DNA of 64,000 nt, taken from positions 633,924 through 697,923 of the forward strand of contig AP024679.1 in assembly GCA_025999215.1 (NCBI GenBank). The letters run 5' to 3'. The position numbers and the translations under genes were made by a program. The stretch comes from Candidatus Dojkabacteria bacterium (GTDB lineage: Bacteria; Patescibacteriota; Dojkabacteria; J137). The notes below the pieces were generated by a model. It was given only the letters and a program-made list of their open reading frames with translations, was not told the origin of the DNA and searched no databases. Positions 49,675-60,719 of this stretch are shown one piece after another. Every line of letters starts with the position of its first letter. The stretch's first letter is position 1.

Positions 49675-51590
49675 TTAAACTATTTCTCCTTCTTCGGCAT
49701 CTTTAGATTGATCATCTTTTCTATCGTTTGAATCTTTTTCTTTGCCACTATCTTTATCATTTGAGTCTTGATATTTATATATTTCTGAACCTACTCTCTG
49801 AATTGTTTCCTCAAGATTTGTTAATTTTGATTTCAAAGCATCCTTATCAACTTCAGTTTTGTTAAGTTCATCCTTGACTTCTTGAATTTTTGCTTCTAAA
49901 TCTTTTCTGTTTATTTCATCGATTTTATCAGCATAATCTTTGAGCATTTTTTCTGCTTGCCATACAGTTGTATCAGCTTCATTTCTGATTTTTAATCTTT
50001 CAAGTTCTTCTTTATCTCTTGCTTCATTTTCTGCTGCCTCTTTTACAAGTTTTTCTATTTCTTCTTCATCCAAGTGCGTTGATGCTGTAATGGTTACATC
50101 CTTTTCTTTTCCAGTTCCAAGATCCTTTGCTTTAACATTCAAAATTCCGTTTGCATCAATTTTAAAGGTAATCTCAAATCTTGGTACTCCACGAGGAGCA
50201 GGTGGAACTTCCAAATGAATCACTCCTAATTCTTTGTTATCTTTAGCAAGAGGTCTTTCACCCTGCAAAATCCTAACATCAATCGCTGGTTGATTATCTA
50301 CACCAGTCGTAAATCTATCTTCACTTTTTTCAACAGGAATTGTTGTGTTTCTTGGAATCAAAACATACATTTCCCCACCGTTAACCTCAATTCCCAAAGA
50401 TAACGGAGTAACATCTAACAAAGTTATATCTTCAACACTTGAATCTCCAGCTAATACAGCACCCTGTAATGCCGCTCCAACAGCAACTACTTCGTCAGGA
50501 TTTACACTTTGGTTAGGTTTTTTACCAAAAAATTCCTCAACTTTCTTAACAATCAAAGGCATTCTGGTCATTCCTCCAACCATTATCACCTCATCAATTT
50601 CACTTTTTGTTTTTCCTGCATCTTTGAGCGCATCTTCAACTGGTTTCAATGTTTTTTCAACTAGGTGCATTACAAGTTTCTCATACTCAGATCGAGTTAG
50701 GCTCATCTTGAAATGCTTTGGACCTTTAGAATCTGCAGTGATATACGGGAGATTAATTTCAGTCTTTTCGCTACTTGATAAAGTAATTTTTGCTTTTTCT
50801 GCTGCTTCCTTTAATCTTTGTAACGCAGCAGGGTCTTCTTTTAAATCAATGCCATGCTCTTTCTTGAATACGTCAACCATGTGGTCAATCAACACTTGAT
50901 CAAAATCATCTCCTCCAAGATGCGTATCTCCGTTTGTTGATAAAACTTCATAAACTCCATCACCTATTTCTAAAATTGTAATATCAAATGTTCCACCACC
51001 AAGGTCATAAACTGCAATCGTTTGTTCTTTATCTTTTTTATCTAAACCATAAGCAATCGCAGCAGCTGTAGGTTCATTGATTATTCTTCTTACATTGAGG
51101 CCTGCTATTTTACCGGCATTTTTAGTTGCTTGTCTTTGAGCATCATCAAAATATGCAGGAACAGTTATTACTGCATCAGTCACGCTCTCACCCAAATAAG
51201 CTTCTGCATCGGCTTTAATTTTTGCCAGCACTCTCGCAGAAATTACCTCAGGAGCAACCCACTTATCACCAAATTGGATCTCTACTCCACCCTTGGAGCT
51301 TTTTCGGACTTTAAAAGGAAAGTTACTAATATCTTTTTGCACTTCTGGATCGTCAAACTTTCCTTCCAATTAATCTTTTTACAGAATAAAAAGTTTGCTC
51401 AGGGTTCGTAACCATTTGGTTTTTCGCGGTAATTCCAACAATCTCACTCTTTGTATCAACATCAATTGCAACAACAGAAGGTGTAGTCCTAAAACCTTCT
51501 TTGTTTGTGATAACTTCAGGCTTACCTCCTTGTACAAAGGCAACCGCTGAGTTTGTAGTTCCCAAGATCTATTCCAACTATTTTTCCCAT
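49675..51590 (-). CDS. dnaK: Chaperone DnaK (Hsp70), with an apparent +1-nt frameshift near 51362
   Basis: N-terminal [17 protein letters not shown] (true start about 51590), then [13 protein letters not shown] and DLGGGTFD motifs. Deleting one G in gga-agg-aaa-G-tt-tga restores [12 protein letters not shown]. Confidence 0.85.
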
Positions 51591-51703
51591 AAATTAAAAT
51601 CTAACAAATAATCTGTATTAGCACTTAAAGTATAAGACTGCTAATTTAAATTGTCAAGAGTTTCCTGATAATTTTTTGTTGTTCTTAAAAATTGAAATGA
51701 AAA

Positions 51704-52265
51704 TTACTTACCAACAATAACCCTCGCCGGCCTTATTACACCATCTTTTCCTTTGTATTTGTAAGCTGAAGATATTACTGCTATGACCTTATTCTTAAAA
51801 TTTTCATCGGGTATTACAGAAATTGCCTCCATAATTTCTTTATCAAATTCATCGCCTTTTTTAATTTCTATTTTTTCTACTCCCGCAAGATTAATCGATT
51901 GGTTAAGCTTTTCTTTTGCAGTTTTCAAAGCTTCTTTGGCACCTTCCAAATTTAAATCTTCATCATTTAAAGCCAAATCTATGTCGTCACTTACTTCCAG
52001 TATCTCTTGAATTAGTGACAAATTTGTTAGTGCTCCAAACGTTGCTTTCTCCTTTTCAATCCTTTTTTTGTAATTATCAAAGTCGGCCATCACTTGTAAT
52101 TTTTTGTTTTTTTCAAGCTCTAATTCTTGTTGTAATTTTGCTATTTCTTTTTCAAGTTTGGTGATTTTTGCGTTTTGATCACTTGCACTTTGTTTATTGA
52201 GCTCTGTTTGCTAGCCTGTGATTGATTGCCCTTTTTTGACTTTTTTTATCGTTTTTCTGTGTCAT
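51704..52265 (-). CDS. grpE: Nucleotide exchange factor GrpE, with a probable frameshift in the 5' region (T-runs at about 52232-52247)
   Basis: Core ...ITKLEKEIAKLQQELELEKNKKLQVMADFDNYKKRIEKEK and a C-terminal beta domain. An upstream ATG at 52265 is in a different frame. Confidence 0.7.
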
Positions 52266-52287
52266 AGCTTTGTTCTATAAAAAATAA

Positions 52288-53017
52288 TTACCAACCTCTC
52301 ATCAAATGAGTTATTGTTTCTGCTATATATTTTACTGCTGGTATTACAATTTCATAATTCATCCTGTTCGGGCCTACAACCGCAATGTAGGCTTTTTTAT
52401 CCTCAAAAATTTTTAAAGTTGTGAAAATTATTGTGTAATCGCTTAAATGATCTTCTCCCGTCTCTTCGCCGATCAAAATTGCGACATCATCATTTTCATA
52501 GTTATTAAAAATTTTAGATAATGCTGAATAATCTTCGATCAAGTAAAGCAATCCCTGCAGCCGTCCAACATCCTGAAATTCAGGAAGATTAACCATTTTA
52601 GCCAAACCAACATGAAAAATATTGTTACCTACCAAAGCAATTGCTGTATTTTGCTGTCATGTGGTGCAAATAATCAAGGCTTCGCATTATCAACTTCTCA
52701 GTTTCAAATTTCAAAATATTTAACTGGTATTTAATTTCTTGTTCAGTATCTTTTATAACATTGATTGGATTCTTTGGTTTTACTTTGTGGATGTAAAACC
52801 TCCATGCCTTCGTTGTGGGTATTCTGCCTCCACTCGAGTGCTTCATGTAGAGATAACCTTTTTTTACCAACTCCGCCATTTCATTTCTGATCGTTGCTGG
52901 ACTCACATTCAACTTGAGTTTTTCTTGCAGACTCAGCGACCCAACCGCGCTTCCGGTATCTATAAATTCTCTAATTATTGCAATCAGCAATTCTTGTTGT
53001 CTTTCTGTGATGTCCAT
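52288..53017 (-). CDS. hrcA: Heat-inducible transcription repressor HrcA, with an apparent frameshift near 52630-52665
   Basis: N-terminal wHTH (MDITERQQELLIAIIREFIDTGSAVGS...ATIRNEMAEL) and C-terminal motif IAVVGPNRMNYEIVIPAVKYIAE lie in different frames. Confidence 0.75.
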
Positions 53018-53049
53018 AGTCCTAAGTATTCTAAACTTCAATATTAATT

Positions 53050-53068
53050 TTAGCACAATTTAGCACTC
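53050..53068 (-). promoter_or_regulatory. CIRCE-like half-site (GAGTGCTAA plus a TGCTAA repeat) in the hrcA leader
   Basis: Minus strand reads GAGTGCTAAattgTGCTAA, about 35 nt upstream of the hrcA ATG. The canonical partner TTAGCACTC nine nt away is absent. Confidence 0.4.
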
Positions 53069-53160
53069 TTTTAAACAGACTGATATTTTATTGCATTTGA
53101 TTGACAGTTTAAATTAGGCCTAATTGCTCTGGGTGTATGCTCTTAGGTTTCTTGGGGCGT

Positions 53161-55569
53161 TTAGATTTGCGAGGCTCGATTTTCATTTTTTGACTGTTTT
53201 TCAAAATCATTGAGTATCTCGTTTGCTCTCCTGATTACTTCTTCAGGTACTCCTGCCAGTTTTGCGACATGTACACCATAACTTTTGTTGGTTGCGCCTT
53301 CGACTATTTTATGTTTAAAAAATATGTTTTGATCTCTCTCTTCTACGTCAACGGAAAAATTTTTTATATTCGAAAAATTATTTTCTAAAGCAGTTACCTC
53401 GTGATAATGTGTTGCAAATAAAGTTTTACAAAAAATTTTTTGAGCTATAAATTCTAAAATTGACCATGCTATGGCTACTCCGTCGTAAGTGCTTGTTCCT
53501 CTGCCAACTTCGTCCAAAATGATTAAACTTTGTGACGTAGCGTTATTTAAAATATTGGCTGTTTCGTTCATTTCAACCATGAAAGTGGACTCTCCTCTTG
53601 CCAAATTATCTGATGCTCCCACTCGTGTAAAAATTCTATCAACTACTTCAAACTCCATTTTATCAGCTGGCACGAATGAACCTATTTGGGCAAGCAAAAA
53701 GTTTAGCGCCACCTGCCTTATATATGTTGATTTTCCTGACATGTTTGGTCCAGTTATTATGTGAATTAAATTATCACTTTTAAATTTCGTAGAGTTTGGA
53801 GTAAAAGTTTTGGATATTGCCTCAACTACTGGGTGCCGTGCATTTACAATTTCGCAATATCCTTGAACTATATTGGGTTTAGTATATTTCCTTTCTCTAG
53901 CAATTTTTGCAAAAGCTACCCAGATATCAACATTAGCTACAAAATTTGCTATGGTCAAAAAGTATTCTAAATATTTTGATATTTCATCTAAAATTTCAAA
54001 AAACAACTCTTTTTCACGCTCAATTAGCTCTGTCTCAGCATTTAAAAGTTTTTCTTCGATTTCTTTTAGTTCTTGTGTTATGAATCGTTCAGCATTTGCA
54101 AGTGTTTGTTTTCGAATATAATTGTCTGGAACTTTTTGTAAATTAGACTTGGTAACTTCAATGTAATAACCAAAAACTCTATTAAATGAAATTTTCAACG
54201 AAGATATTCCTGTAGATTCGATTTCTTTTTGTTGCATTTCTCTTATTATTTTTTGGGCATTTTGTCTCAAATTTCTAAATTCATCAACCTTGGCATCAAA
54301 GCCATCATTTATTATTCTACCTTCATTTATATTAACTGCAGGGTCATTAATTATAGCTTTGTCCAAATATTCTATTATGTTTTTAATTTGTTCATAATTT
54401 GAACTATCAACAAAATAGTTTTTAATATCCTGCAAAAGTTTTGGCAAATTTTTGTTTTCTAAATGGTCAAAAAAATCAAAAGTTGCAATTAAACTTTCTT
54501 TTAAAGCTACCAAATCTTTAGGGTTAGCCGAACGTACTCCAAGCCTTGCTGTTATTCTTTCTATGTCTGAAATTTCTTTAAGCTTAATTTCTAAATCTTC
54601 CAAAATATCCTTGTTGTTATAAAAAAATTCCACAGCATCAAGCCTTTGTTGGATTTTATTTTTATCATTGAGGGGCTGAATAATCCAATTACGAAGCATT
54701 CTCTTTCCCATTGGTGTTTTACATTTATTAATCACATCATAAAGAGAAATACCATCATTATTTAAAGGAAAAATAAGCTCTAGGTTTCTAATGGTTTCAG
54801 AATCTAAATTCATCACTCCGTCATAGTCATAAACATTAACCTTTCTTAAATGTCTAATACCATTTAAATGACATTCTGCCAAATACCTTAAAACAGCGCC
54901 CAAAACAATTACAGCTCCTTTATCTTGATCTAAACCAAACCCTTTGAGCGAGTTAATTTCAAAGTGTGATTTGATAAAATCAGTAGCCCTTTCAAGATTG
55001 AAAAAATCATCTGGAAGTATCTCTATGTTTTTAAGATCTTTCAATTTATTTACTTCACTTTTTTTAACCAAAATTTCTGAAGGGTTGTACTTTAAAACTT
55101 CTGAAAATAATTGATTGATTGTATTAGCTTTAAAAATATTTATGAGCCCTGTATGAGGATCAGTAAAACCAAAAATTTTTTCATCAATTAGTACACATCC
55201 TAAATAGTTATTTTTAAAATGTGGAAGATCATTTCCATCGTCAATTACTGTTCCTGGAGTGATAACTTTAGTAACTTTTCTCTCAACCAACTTGCCTGGG
55301 ACCGCCTCCTCTGTTTGATCAGCAATAGCTACTTTCAAACCTTCTTCAATTAATTTAGGCAAATAATTTTTCAATGCATGGTGAGGAATACCTGCCATTG
55401 GTCTTTTGGATTCACCTTTTCCTCTTGATGTTAATGTGATACCCAAAACTTGAGAAATCTTTTTTGCATCTTCATCAAAAGCTTCGTAAAAATCACCCAG
55501 TCTAAAAAGCAGTATAAAATTTGGATAGCGAGATTTAATTTCATTGTATTGTTGTTGCATAGGTGTCAT
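53161..55569 (-). CDS. mutS: DNA mismatch repair protein MutS
   Basis: N-terminal MTPMQQQYNEIKSRYPNFILLFRLGDFYE, Walker A ITGPNMSGKSTY; 802 aa, intact. Confidence 0.95.
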   Translation of the reverse strand: MTPMQQQYNEIKSRYPNFILLFRLGDFYEAFDEDAKKISQVLGITLTSRGKGESKRPMAGIPHHALKNYLPKLIEEGLKVAIADQTEEAVPGKLVERKVTKVITPGTVIDDGNDLPHFKNNYLGCVLIDEKIFGFTDPHTGLINIFKANTINQLFSEVLKYNPSEILVKKSEVNKLKDLKNIEILPDDFFNLERATDFIKSHFEINSLKGFGLDQDKGAVIVLGAVLRYLAECHLNGIRHLRKVNVYDYDGVMNLDSETIRNLELIFPLNNDGISLYDVINKCKTPMGKRMLRNWIIQPLNDKNKIQQRLDAVEFFYNNKDILEDLEIKLKEISDIERITARLGVRSANPKDLVALKESLIATFDFFDHLENKNLPKLLQDIKNYFVDSSNYEQIKNIIEYLDKAIINDPAVNINEGRIINDGFDAKVDEFRNLRQNAQKIIREMQQKEIESTGISSLKISFNRVFGYYIEVTKSNLQKVPDNYIRKQTLANAERFITQELKEIEEKLLNAETELIEREKELFFEILDEISKYLEYFLTIANFVANVDIWVAFAKIARERKYTKPNIVQGYCEIVNARHPVVEAISKTFTPNSTKFKSDNLIHIITGPNMSGKSTYIRQVALNFLLAQIGSFVPADKMEFEVVDRIFTRVGASDNLARGESTFMVEMNETANILNNATSQSLIILDEVGRGTSTYDGVAIAWSILEFIAQKIFCKTLFATHYHEVTALENNFSNIKNFSVDVEERDQNIFFKHKIVEGATNKSYGVHVAKLAGVPEEVIRRANEILNDFEKQSKNENRASQI

Positions 55570-55584
55570 ATCCGAATTTTAACA

Positions 55585-57822
55585 TTAACTTAATTTAATT
55601 TCTTTTCTTTTTCTGTTTACATAAATTACAACACCTACCAAACCAACAAAACCTAGCGGAGATATTACACTGTAGGCAATTAGCGATTGCTTTTCTTGAT
55701 TAGTTAATTCAAGTGGTAATGGAGTTCTATTTTTTGCGCTAATTTGAGATAGTGAACTTGTATCATCAAGTAACCACTCAATACTTGATAATGCAAAATT
55801 TAAATTTGTTTGAGTTAAGAAATCATCATCCAAAAATAAAGAATCACCAACCACGATCGATTTGCCGGAATTATTATCTAAAGCAACAGCCAAATTTAAA
55901 CTTTTATCACTTTCACTAGGTTTAAATTCTTGATTTGTAGAAATATTTAAATTATCTTCTGTTTGAAAATTTGACGAAGCGCTTGTTGTCAAAAGCACAA
56001 TAACTCTAACGCCTTCAATATCCTCTACATCAATAGAGCTTCCCCACAAAATTGATACATTACCTAAATCTTTTAAAATTTCTTTGGCATCTTGAGTTGT
56101 ATTAGCTCTTACCCAAAATGGATAATCTACAATAACTGGCAACAGCCCACTTGATAAATTTATTTGATTATTATTTTCTAGATCATAAACTAAATTATCT
56201 TGCACTACTACACCGTAAGGCTCAAAAAGATCTTTTAAACTAAATTCATTAGGTATAGGCACAAATGTTTGCTCTGGAACTTCTATGGTATCAACAAGTA
56301 ATAGAATTCTTCCACCATTTTCAAAATAACTTCTTAAATTTTCTAAAACTCCCTGTTCAAACGCTTGATTAGGTGAAGTCAAAACTACCAAATTGTATTC
56401 ACTCAAATTAGTATCTCGATTTAATTCAATATCGCTTACATCATAAATTTCACTCAAACTTTGATTTAAAATTCTATAATTTACAACTCTAGTTCGAGCT
56501 ACATTGTTTTTAACAAATGCAACTTTTAATTTATTGGTATCAGTCAAACTCTTAATTTTTTTCGTTATCTCAAACTCAAGATTTGAACTAACATCTTCTG
56601 TCAATTCCAAAGATTCTGTTAAACCTTGATACTCAAAACCTAACCCTAAATACCCTATAGTTCTATTAGCTGAGTTTTCAGAATTTACTGAAAATAATAT
56701 CTCTCTTAACCCTATACTTTGAGCTTTTTCTTTTGCATTTTCATCTCTATCAGTATAAAGAATTTCAGTTTCAATGTTTCCCGAAGAAAACGATTCATAA
56801 TCATCTAGAATATCTTTAACACTTTGCAAGTCTTTTTGGAATTGAATTGGCAAGTTAGATGAAGTGTACAAAGTAATTTTAAGTTTTTCGTTTTCAATAT
56901 TTTGGATAATATTTTTAGTTACTTCTGAAAGTGTGTAAATTTTATTTTCAGTTAAATCAGCTCTACCAGAAATTTCTTGACCGTAAAAAGATACTAAACC
57001 AAATATACTTATAAAAAAGAAAATTGATACTTGCCCCAAAACTCTTGTTGTAAAATTTTTGGGATATCTTTCTGTAATTAAACCAAAGGTGGAAACACTC
57101 AATGCTAAAATTATTAAACTCAAAAAATAAATTAAATCTCTCAAATCAAGCACTCCTCTTGAAAGCGAAGTGTAATGAGAGTAAATTCCAAAAACTCTTA
57201 AGAAAGAGTCAAATTCAAAAGGTAATACTCTTAAAAAATCCGAACCTATTACAACCATCAAACCGCAAATAGTAAGAGATAACAAAAAAGCAGGGATCTC
57301 ATTTTTAAAATAAGTTGAAACCGCAATGCCAATTGATGCAATTGCTGACCCAACCAAGAACACACCAAAAATTTGCATTGACACCTGACCTAAATCTAAT
57401 TTTTCTATCGAATTTATAAATAAAATTGACGGAAGTAGCAGTATACTCAACACCCCAACTATAAAACTAGCACTCAACCATTTTGCTAATACAAAAGTAA
57501 ATATTGAAAAAGGTTTATTTAAAACAAATTCAATTGTTCCCAACTGTTTTTCTTTTGAAATTGCTCCCATTGTTAATGCAGGAACGATAAATACAAAACT
57601 AAACAGTGATGCGGTAAATAATGGTGAAATGTTTGTTGTACCAAACTCTACAAACCTAAAAATTCCAAAAAATATCAAAAAAACAATAAAAATATAAAGC
57701 CCTGAGATTACAAAAAAAATTGGAGTAAAGAAAAAATACTGCAATTCTTTTTTAATCAAAAACAAAAAAATGATAAAGTTTTTCAAATTGATATTTTTTA
57801 ATTTAGGTATTTTTGTTTTCAT
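55585..57822 (-). CDS. ABC-2 type permease fused to a GldG-like auxiliary domain (GldF/GldG-like)
   Basis: N-terminal 6-TM ABC-2 permease region, a large extracytoplasmic domain, and a C-terminal TM anchor. Confidence 0.6.
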   Translation of the reverse strand: MKTKIPKLKNINLKNFIIFLFLIKKELQYFFFTPIFFVISGLYIFIVFLIFFGIFRFVEFGTTNISPLFTASLFSFVFIVPALTMGAISKEKQLGTIEFVLNKPFSIFTFVLAKWLSASFIVGVLSILLLPSILFINSIEKLDLGQVSMQIFGVFLVGSAIASIGIAVSTYFKNEIPAFLLSLTICGLMVVIGSDFLRVLPFEFDSFLRVFGIYSHYTSLSRGVLDLRDLIYFLSLIILALSVSTFGLITERYPKNFTTRVLGQVSIFFFISIFGLVSFYGQEISGRADLTENKIYTLSEVTKNIIQNIENEKLKITLYTSSNLPIQFQKDLQSVKDILDDYESFSSGNIETEILYTDRDENAKEKAQSIGLREILFSVNSENSANRTIGYLGLGFEYQGLTESLELTEDVSSNLEFEITKKIKSLTDTNKLKVAFVKNNVARTRVVNYRILNQSLSEIYDVSDIELNRDTNLSEYNLVVLTSPNQAFEQGVLENLRSYFENGGRILLLVDTIEVPEQTFVPIPNEFSLKDLFEPYGVVVQDNLVYDLENNNQINLSSGLLPVIVDYPFWVRANTTQDAKEILKDLGNVSILWGSSIDVEDIEGVRVIVLLTTSASSNFQTEDNLNISTNQEFKPSESDKSLNLAVALDNNSGKSIVVGDSLFLDDDFLTQTNLNFALSSIEWLLDDTSSLSQISAKNRTPLPLELTNQEKQSLIAYSVISPLGFVGLVGVVIYVNRKRKEIKLS

Positions 57823-58561
57823 AAGCTTTTAAAACTATTTCACAAAATAATTTTTCTAATGTGATATTTTTTTGATTAATTGTAGTCTTAATTGATTTGA
57901 TTGATTTATCAACCAATAGTTTGCCTTTTGCAATGATAAGAACGCGAGAACACATTGCTTCCACTTCTTGCATTACATGAGTACTTATCAAAACTGTTCG
58001 TTTTTTTCCTATTTCTTTTATCACATTCCTAATCTCTATTCGCTGTATTGGATCGAGTCCTTCAGTTGGTTCATCAAGCAATAAAAGCTCTGGATCAACC
58101 ACCAACACTTGCGCAAGCCCTACTCTTTGCTTGTAACCTTTTGAAAGCGTAGCTACACTTTTATTAAGATAATTCTGTAATCCTGTTGATTCAATTGCAT
58201 ATTCAAGCGCTTCTTTTCTCTTACGTCCCCAAACTCCATGCAAATTTAGAGAATTGTTGAGAGATTCAATTACAGTTAAATGAGGATACAGGGGATTATT
58301 CTCTGGCATATAACCTATTTTTTTTTGAACGCTTAAAATATCTTTATATGTTGAATATCCACAAACTCTGACCTCACCTGTATCAGGAATAAGAAAACCT
58401 GAGATTAATTTCATCAAAGTACTTTTTCCTGCGCCATTAGGTCCCAACAAAGCCACAACTTCTCCTGCTTTCACTGTAAAACTTATATCATCCAAAGCTC
58501 TAACCTTGCCGTAATTTTTTGTAACATTTTTAACTTCTAAAACTAATCCCATACTCTGCAT
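57803..58561 (-). CDS. ABC transporter ATP-binding protein
   Basis: Walker A LLGPNGAGKSTL, signature LSKGYKQRV, Walker B LLLLDEP. Confidence 0.9.
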   Translation of the reverse strand: MQSMGLVLEVKNVTKNYGKVRALDDISFTVKAGEVVALLGPNGAGKSTLMKLISGFLIPDTGEVRVCGYSTYKDILSVQKKIGYMPENNPLYPHLTVIESLNNSLNLHGVWGRKRKEALEYAIESTGLQNYLNKSVATLSKGYKQRVGLAQVLVVDPELLLLDEPTEGLDPIQRIEIRNVIKEIGKKRTVLISTHVMQEVEAMCSRVLIIAKGKLLVDKSIKSIKTTINQKNITLEKLFCEIVLKAYENKNT

Positions 58562-58614
58562 TTTGCTTTATACAATAAAATTTGTCAAGTATTAGAATTT
58601 TTACTTTAAAAATA

Positions 58615-58643
58615 TTGAATCAATATTAATCTTTTGATAAAAT
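58615..58643 (+). promoter_or_regulatory. Promoter for the proS T-box leader, TTGAAT-17-TAAAAT
   Basis: -35 at 58615-58620 and -10 at 58638-58643. Confidence 0.45.
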
Positions 58644-58649
58644 TTGAAA

Positions 58650-58870
58650 AGAGTAAATTGTTACACACGATGAAGAGGCTTCCTACCTCGGAGTGTTTGG
58701 GGATCCTTAATGCTAACCCAATCAAGTTTGTCACTTGAGTAACGAGAAACGACAAGGTTGTGTGTAGTAATACATTTCAACCACTGAGTGAAAAATGAAG
58801 GTGGTACCGTGGCTTAAAAGTCACCCTTCTAGGTTTTTATTGCAAGAACTTAGACGGGTGACTTTTTTTA
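58650..58870 (+). promoter_or_regulatory. T-box riboswitch leader upstream of proS
   Basis: Conserved T-box sequence AATGAAGGTGGTACCGTGG (58794-58812). Terminator stem AGTCACCC/GGGTGACT plus T7 at 58819-58869. Stem I region contains a CCU specifier candidate in ggcttCCTacc. Confidence 0.65.
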
Positions 58871-58895
58871 TTATTAATTTTTAAAATTTAAATAA

Positions 58896-60634
58896 ATGAC
58901 ATATTCAAAAATTTTTACAAAAACAAACCAAACGCAAAAAAACTTTGATTCCAAAAATGCAACATTTCTTCAAAAAGCGGGATACATTCACCAAACAATG
59001 GCCGGAGTGTACACAATGTTACCCTCTAGGAAAGAGAGTTATCCGAAAAATTGAAAACATTGTTCGAGAAGAAATGGATAAAATTGCAGATGAAATAATA
59101 ATGCCAGCAATAGTTCCAAGAGAACTTTGGGAAAAAACTAATAGAGTGGATTCAAATGATTCACTTTTATCTGCTGTTCCTGCAAACGATCAATCAAAGA
59201 AAAACAATGAAGCTGACTATATACTTTCACCTACTCACGAGGAAGTCGTAACCCCCCTAGTGCAAGAATTTGTAAAAAGCTACAAAGATTTACCCGTTGC
59301 TGTGTATCAGATTCAAGTGAAATTTAGAAATGAAGCAAGACCTAAATCAGGTTTAATGAGATTAAGAGAATTCATAATGAAAGATTTGTACAGTTTTCAC
59401 AAAGATAAAGACTGATTTAATGAATTATTATGAAAAATCTAAAGAAGCTTACAAAAGAGTTTTTGATAGACTCGGAATTGGCGATGTTACAGTAATTGCT
59501 CTTGCTTCAGGTGGTGATTTTACTGATAATTTTTCTCACGAATTTCAAACATTTTGTGAGATTGGAGAAGATACACTTTTTTACGATGAAACAACAAACA
59601 CTTATTACAACAGAGAAGTAACACCTTCTAAAGCACCAACCAAAGAAACAAATGAAGAAATGCTACCTCGCGAAGATGTTTTTGGCGAGGGAATCGTAAG
59701 CGTTGAAAAACTAGTTGAATTTTTAAATATTCCAATTGAAAAAACAGTAAAAACTCTTCTTTACAAAGACGAATTAAATCAAATTTATGCTGTTGCTGTG
59801 AGGGGAGACTACGAAGTGAGCGAAGAAAAGCTTAAAAAAGTTTTGAATGTAAAATCTATTGAATTGCTATCTGAACAAGAAATTTTTGAGAAAACAGGAG
59901 CCCAAGTTGGGTATGCAGGAATACTTGATTTACCTAGCGATATAAAGATTATCTGTGACGAAGCGCTTGAGAGTATGATAAATTTTGAAGTTGGCGCGAA
60001 CAAAACTAACTACCATACCATAAATGCAAATTGGGGACGAGACATTCAAAAACCTGAACAATTTTATGACATAAAAGTTACCAAAGAAGGAGATCTTAAT
60101 CCAAAAACTGGTAAACCTTACAAATACTTCAAAGCGGCAGAGGTTGGAAACATTTTCCCGCTAGAAATTAAGTTTTCAAAAGCTTTTGATTTTAATGTAA
60201 CCAATGAAAAGGGTGAACAAGAAATAGTTTATATGGGTTGTTACGGCATAGGTGTAACTAGATTAATGGGAGTAATTGCAGAAGTAAAAAGTGATTATAA
60301 AGGCTTAGTTTGGCCAATTCAAATAGCTCCTTACCATGTTCATTTACTAAACATCGGCAACAAAGAAACTGAAGCATTCAGAAAAGCTGAAAGTTTATAC
60401 AATTCATTGATTGAACAAAATGTAGAAGTTTTGTGGGATGATAGAGATGAGGCTCCAGGTAAAAAACTTAACGATGCTGATTTAATTGGTATCCCGATTC
60501 GGGTAGTGGTCAGTGAAAAATCACTAAGCAATGGAGGTTATGAAGTTAAATTGAGAAATAAAAATGAAGTGATGTTACTTGATGAAACAAAATTAATTGA
60601 ATTTATCAAAAAACAAATTAATTATATTGTGTGA
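58896..60634 (+). CDS. proS: Proline--tRNA ligase, with two apparent 1-nt frameshifts (near 59033 and 59413)
   Basis: Three frames carry consecutive ProRS segments: MTYSKIF...FLQKAGYIHQTMAGVYTMLP, then LGKRVIRKIENIVREEM...LSPTHEEVVT...MRLREFIMKDLYSFHKDKD, then DLMNYYEKSKEAYKRVFDRLG... and a C-terminal anticodon-binding domain. Confidence 0.8.
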
Positions 60635-60719
60635 TTTGTAACAAAGGAAATTTTTAGATGTAATTATCTGAGAAGATCTGAGGTTATTGTTTGCAAAAGA
60701 GTCCAGAGAGTCCAGTGAT

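Noticed and set aside
50345-50899. 184-aa ORF on the + strand
   Set aside because: Antisense to dnaK, low-complexity S/T-rich translation, spurious.
51353-60634. Hypothesis that the split genes reflect UGA or UAG reassignment (genetic code 4 or 25)
   Set aside because: At the dnaK, proS and radA junctions the original frame hits further TAA/TAG stops within a few codons. Conserved protein sequence continues in a different frame, so these are frameshifts and not recoding.
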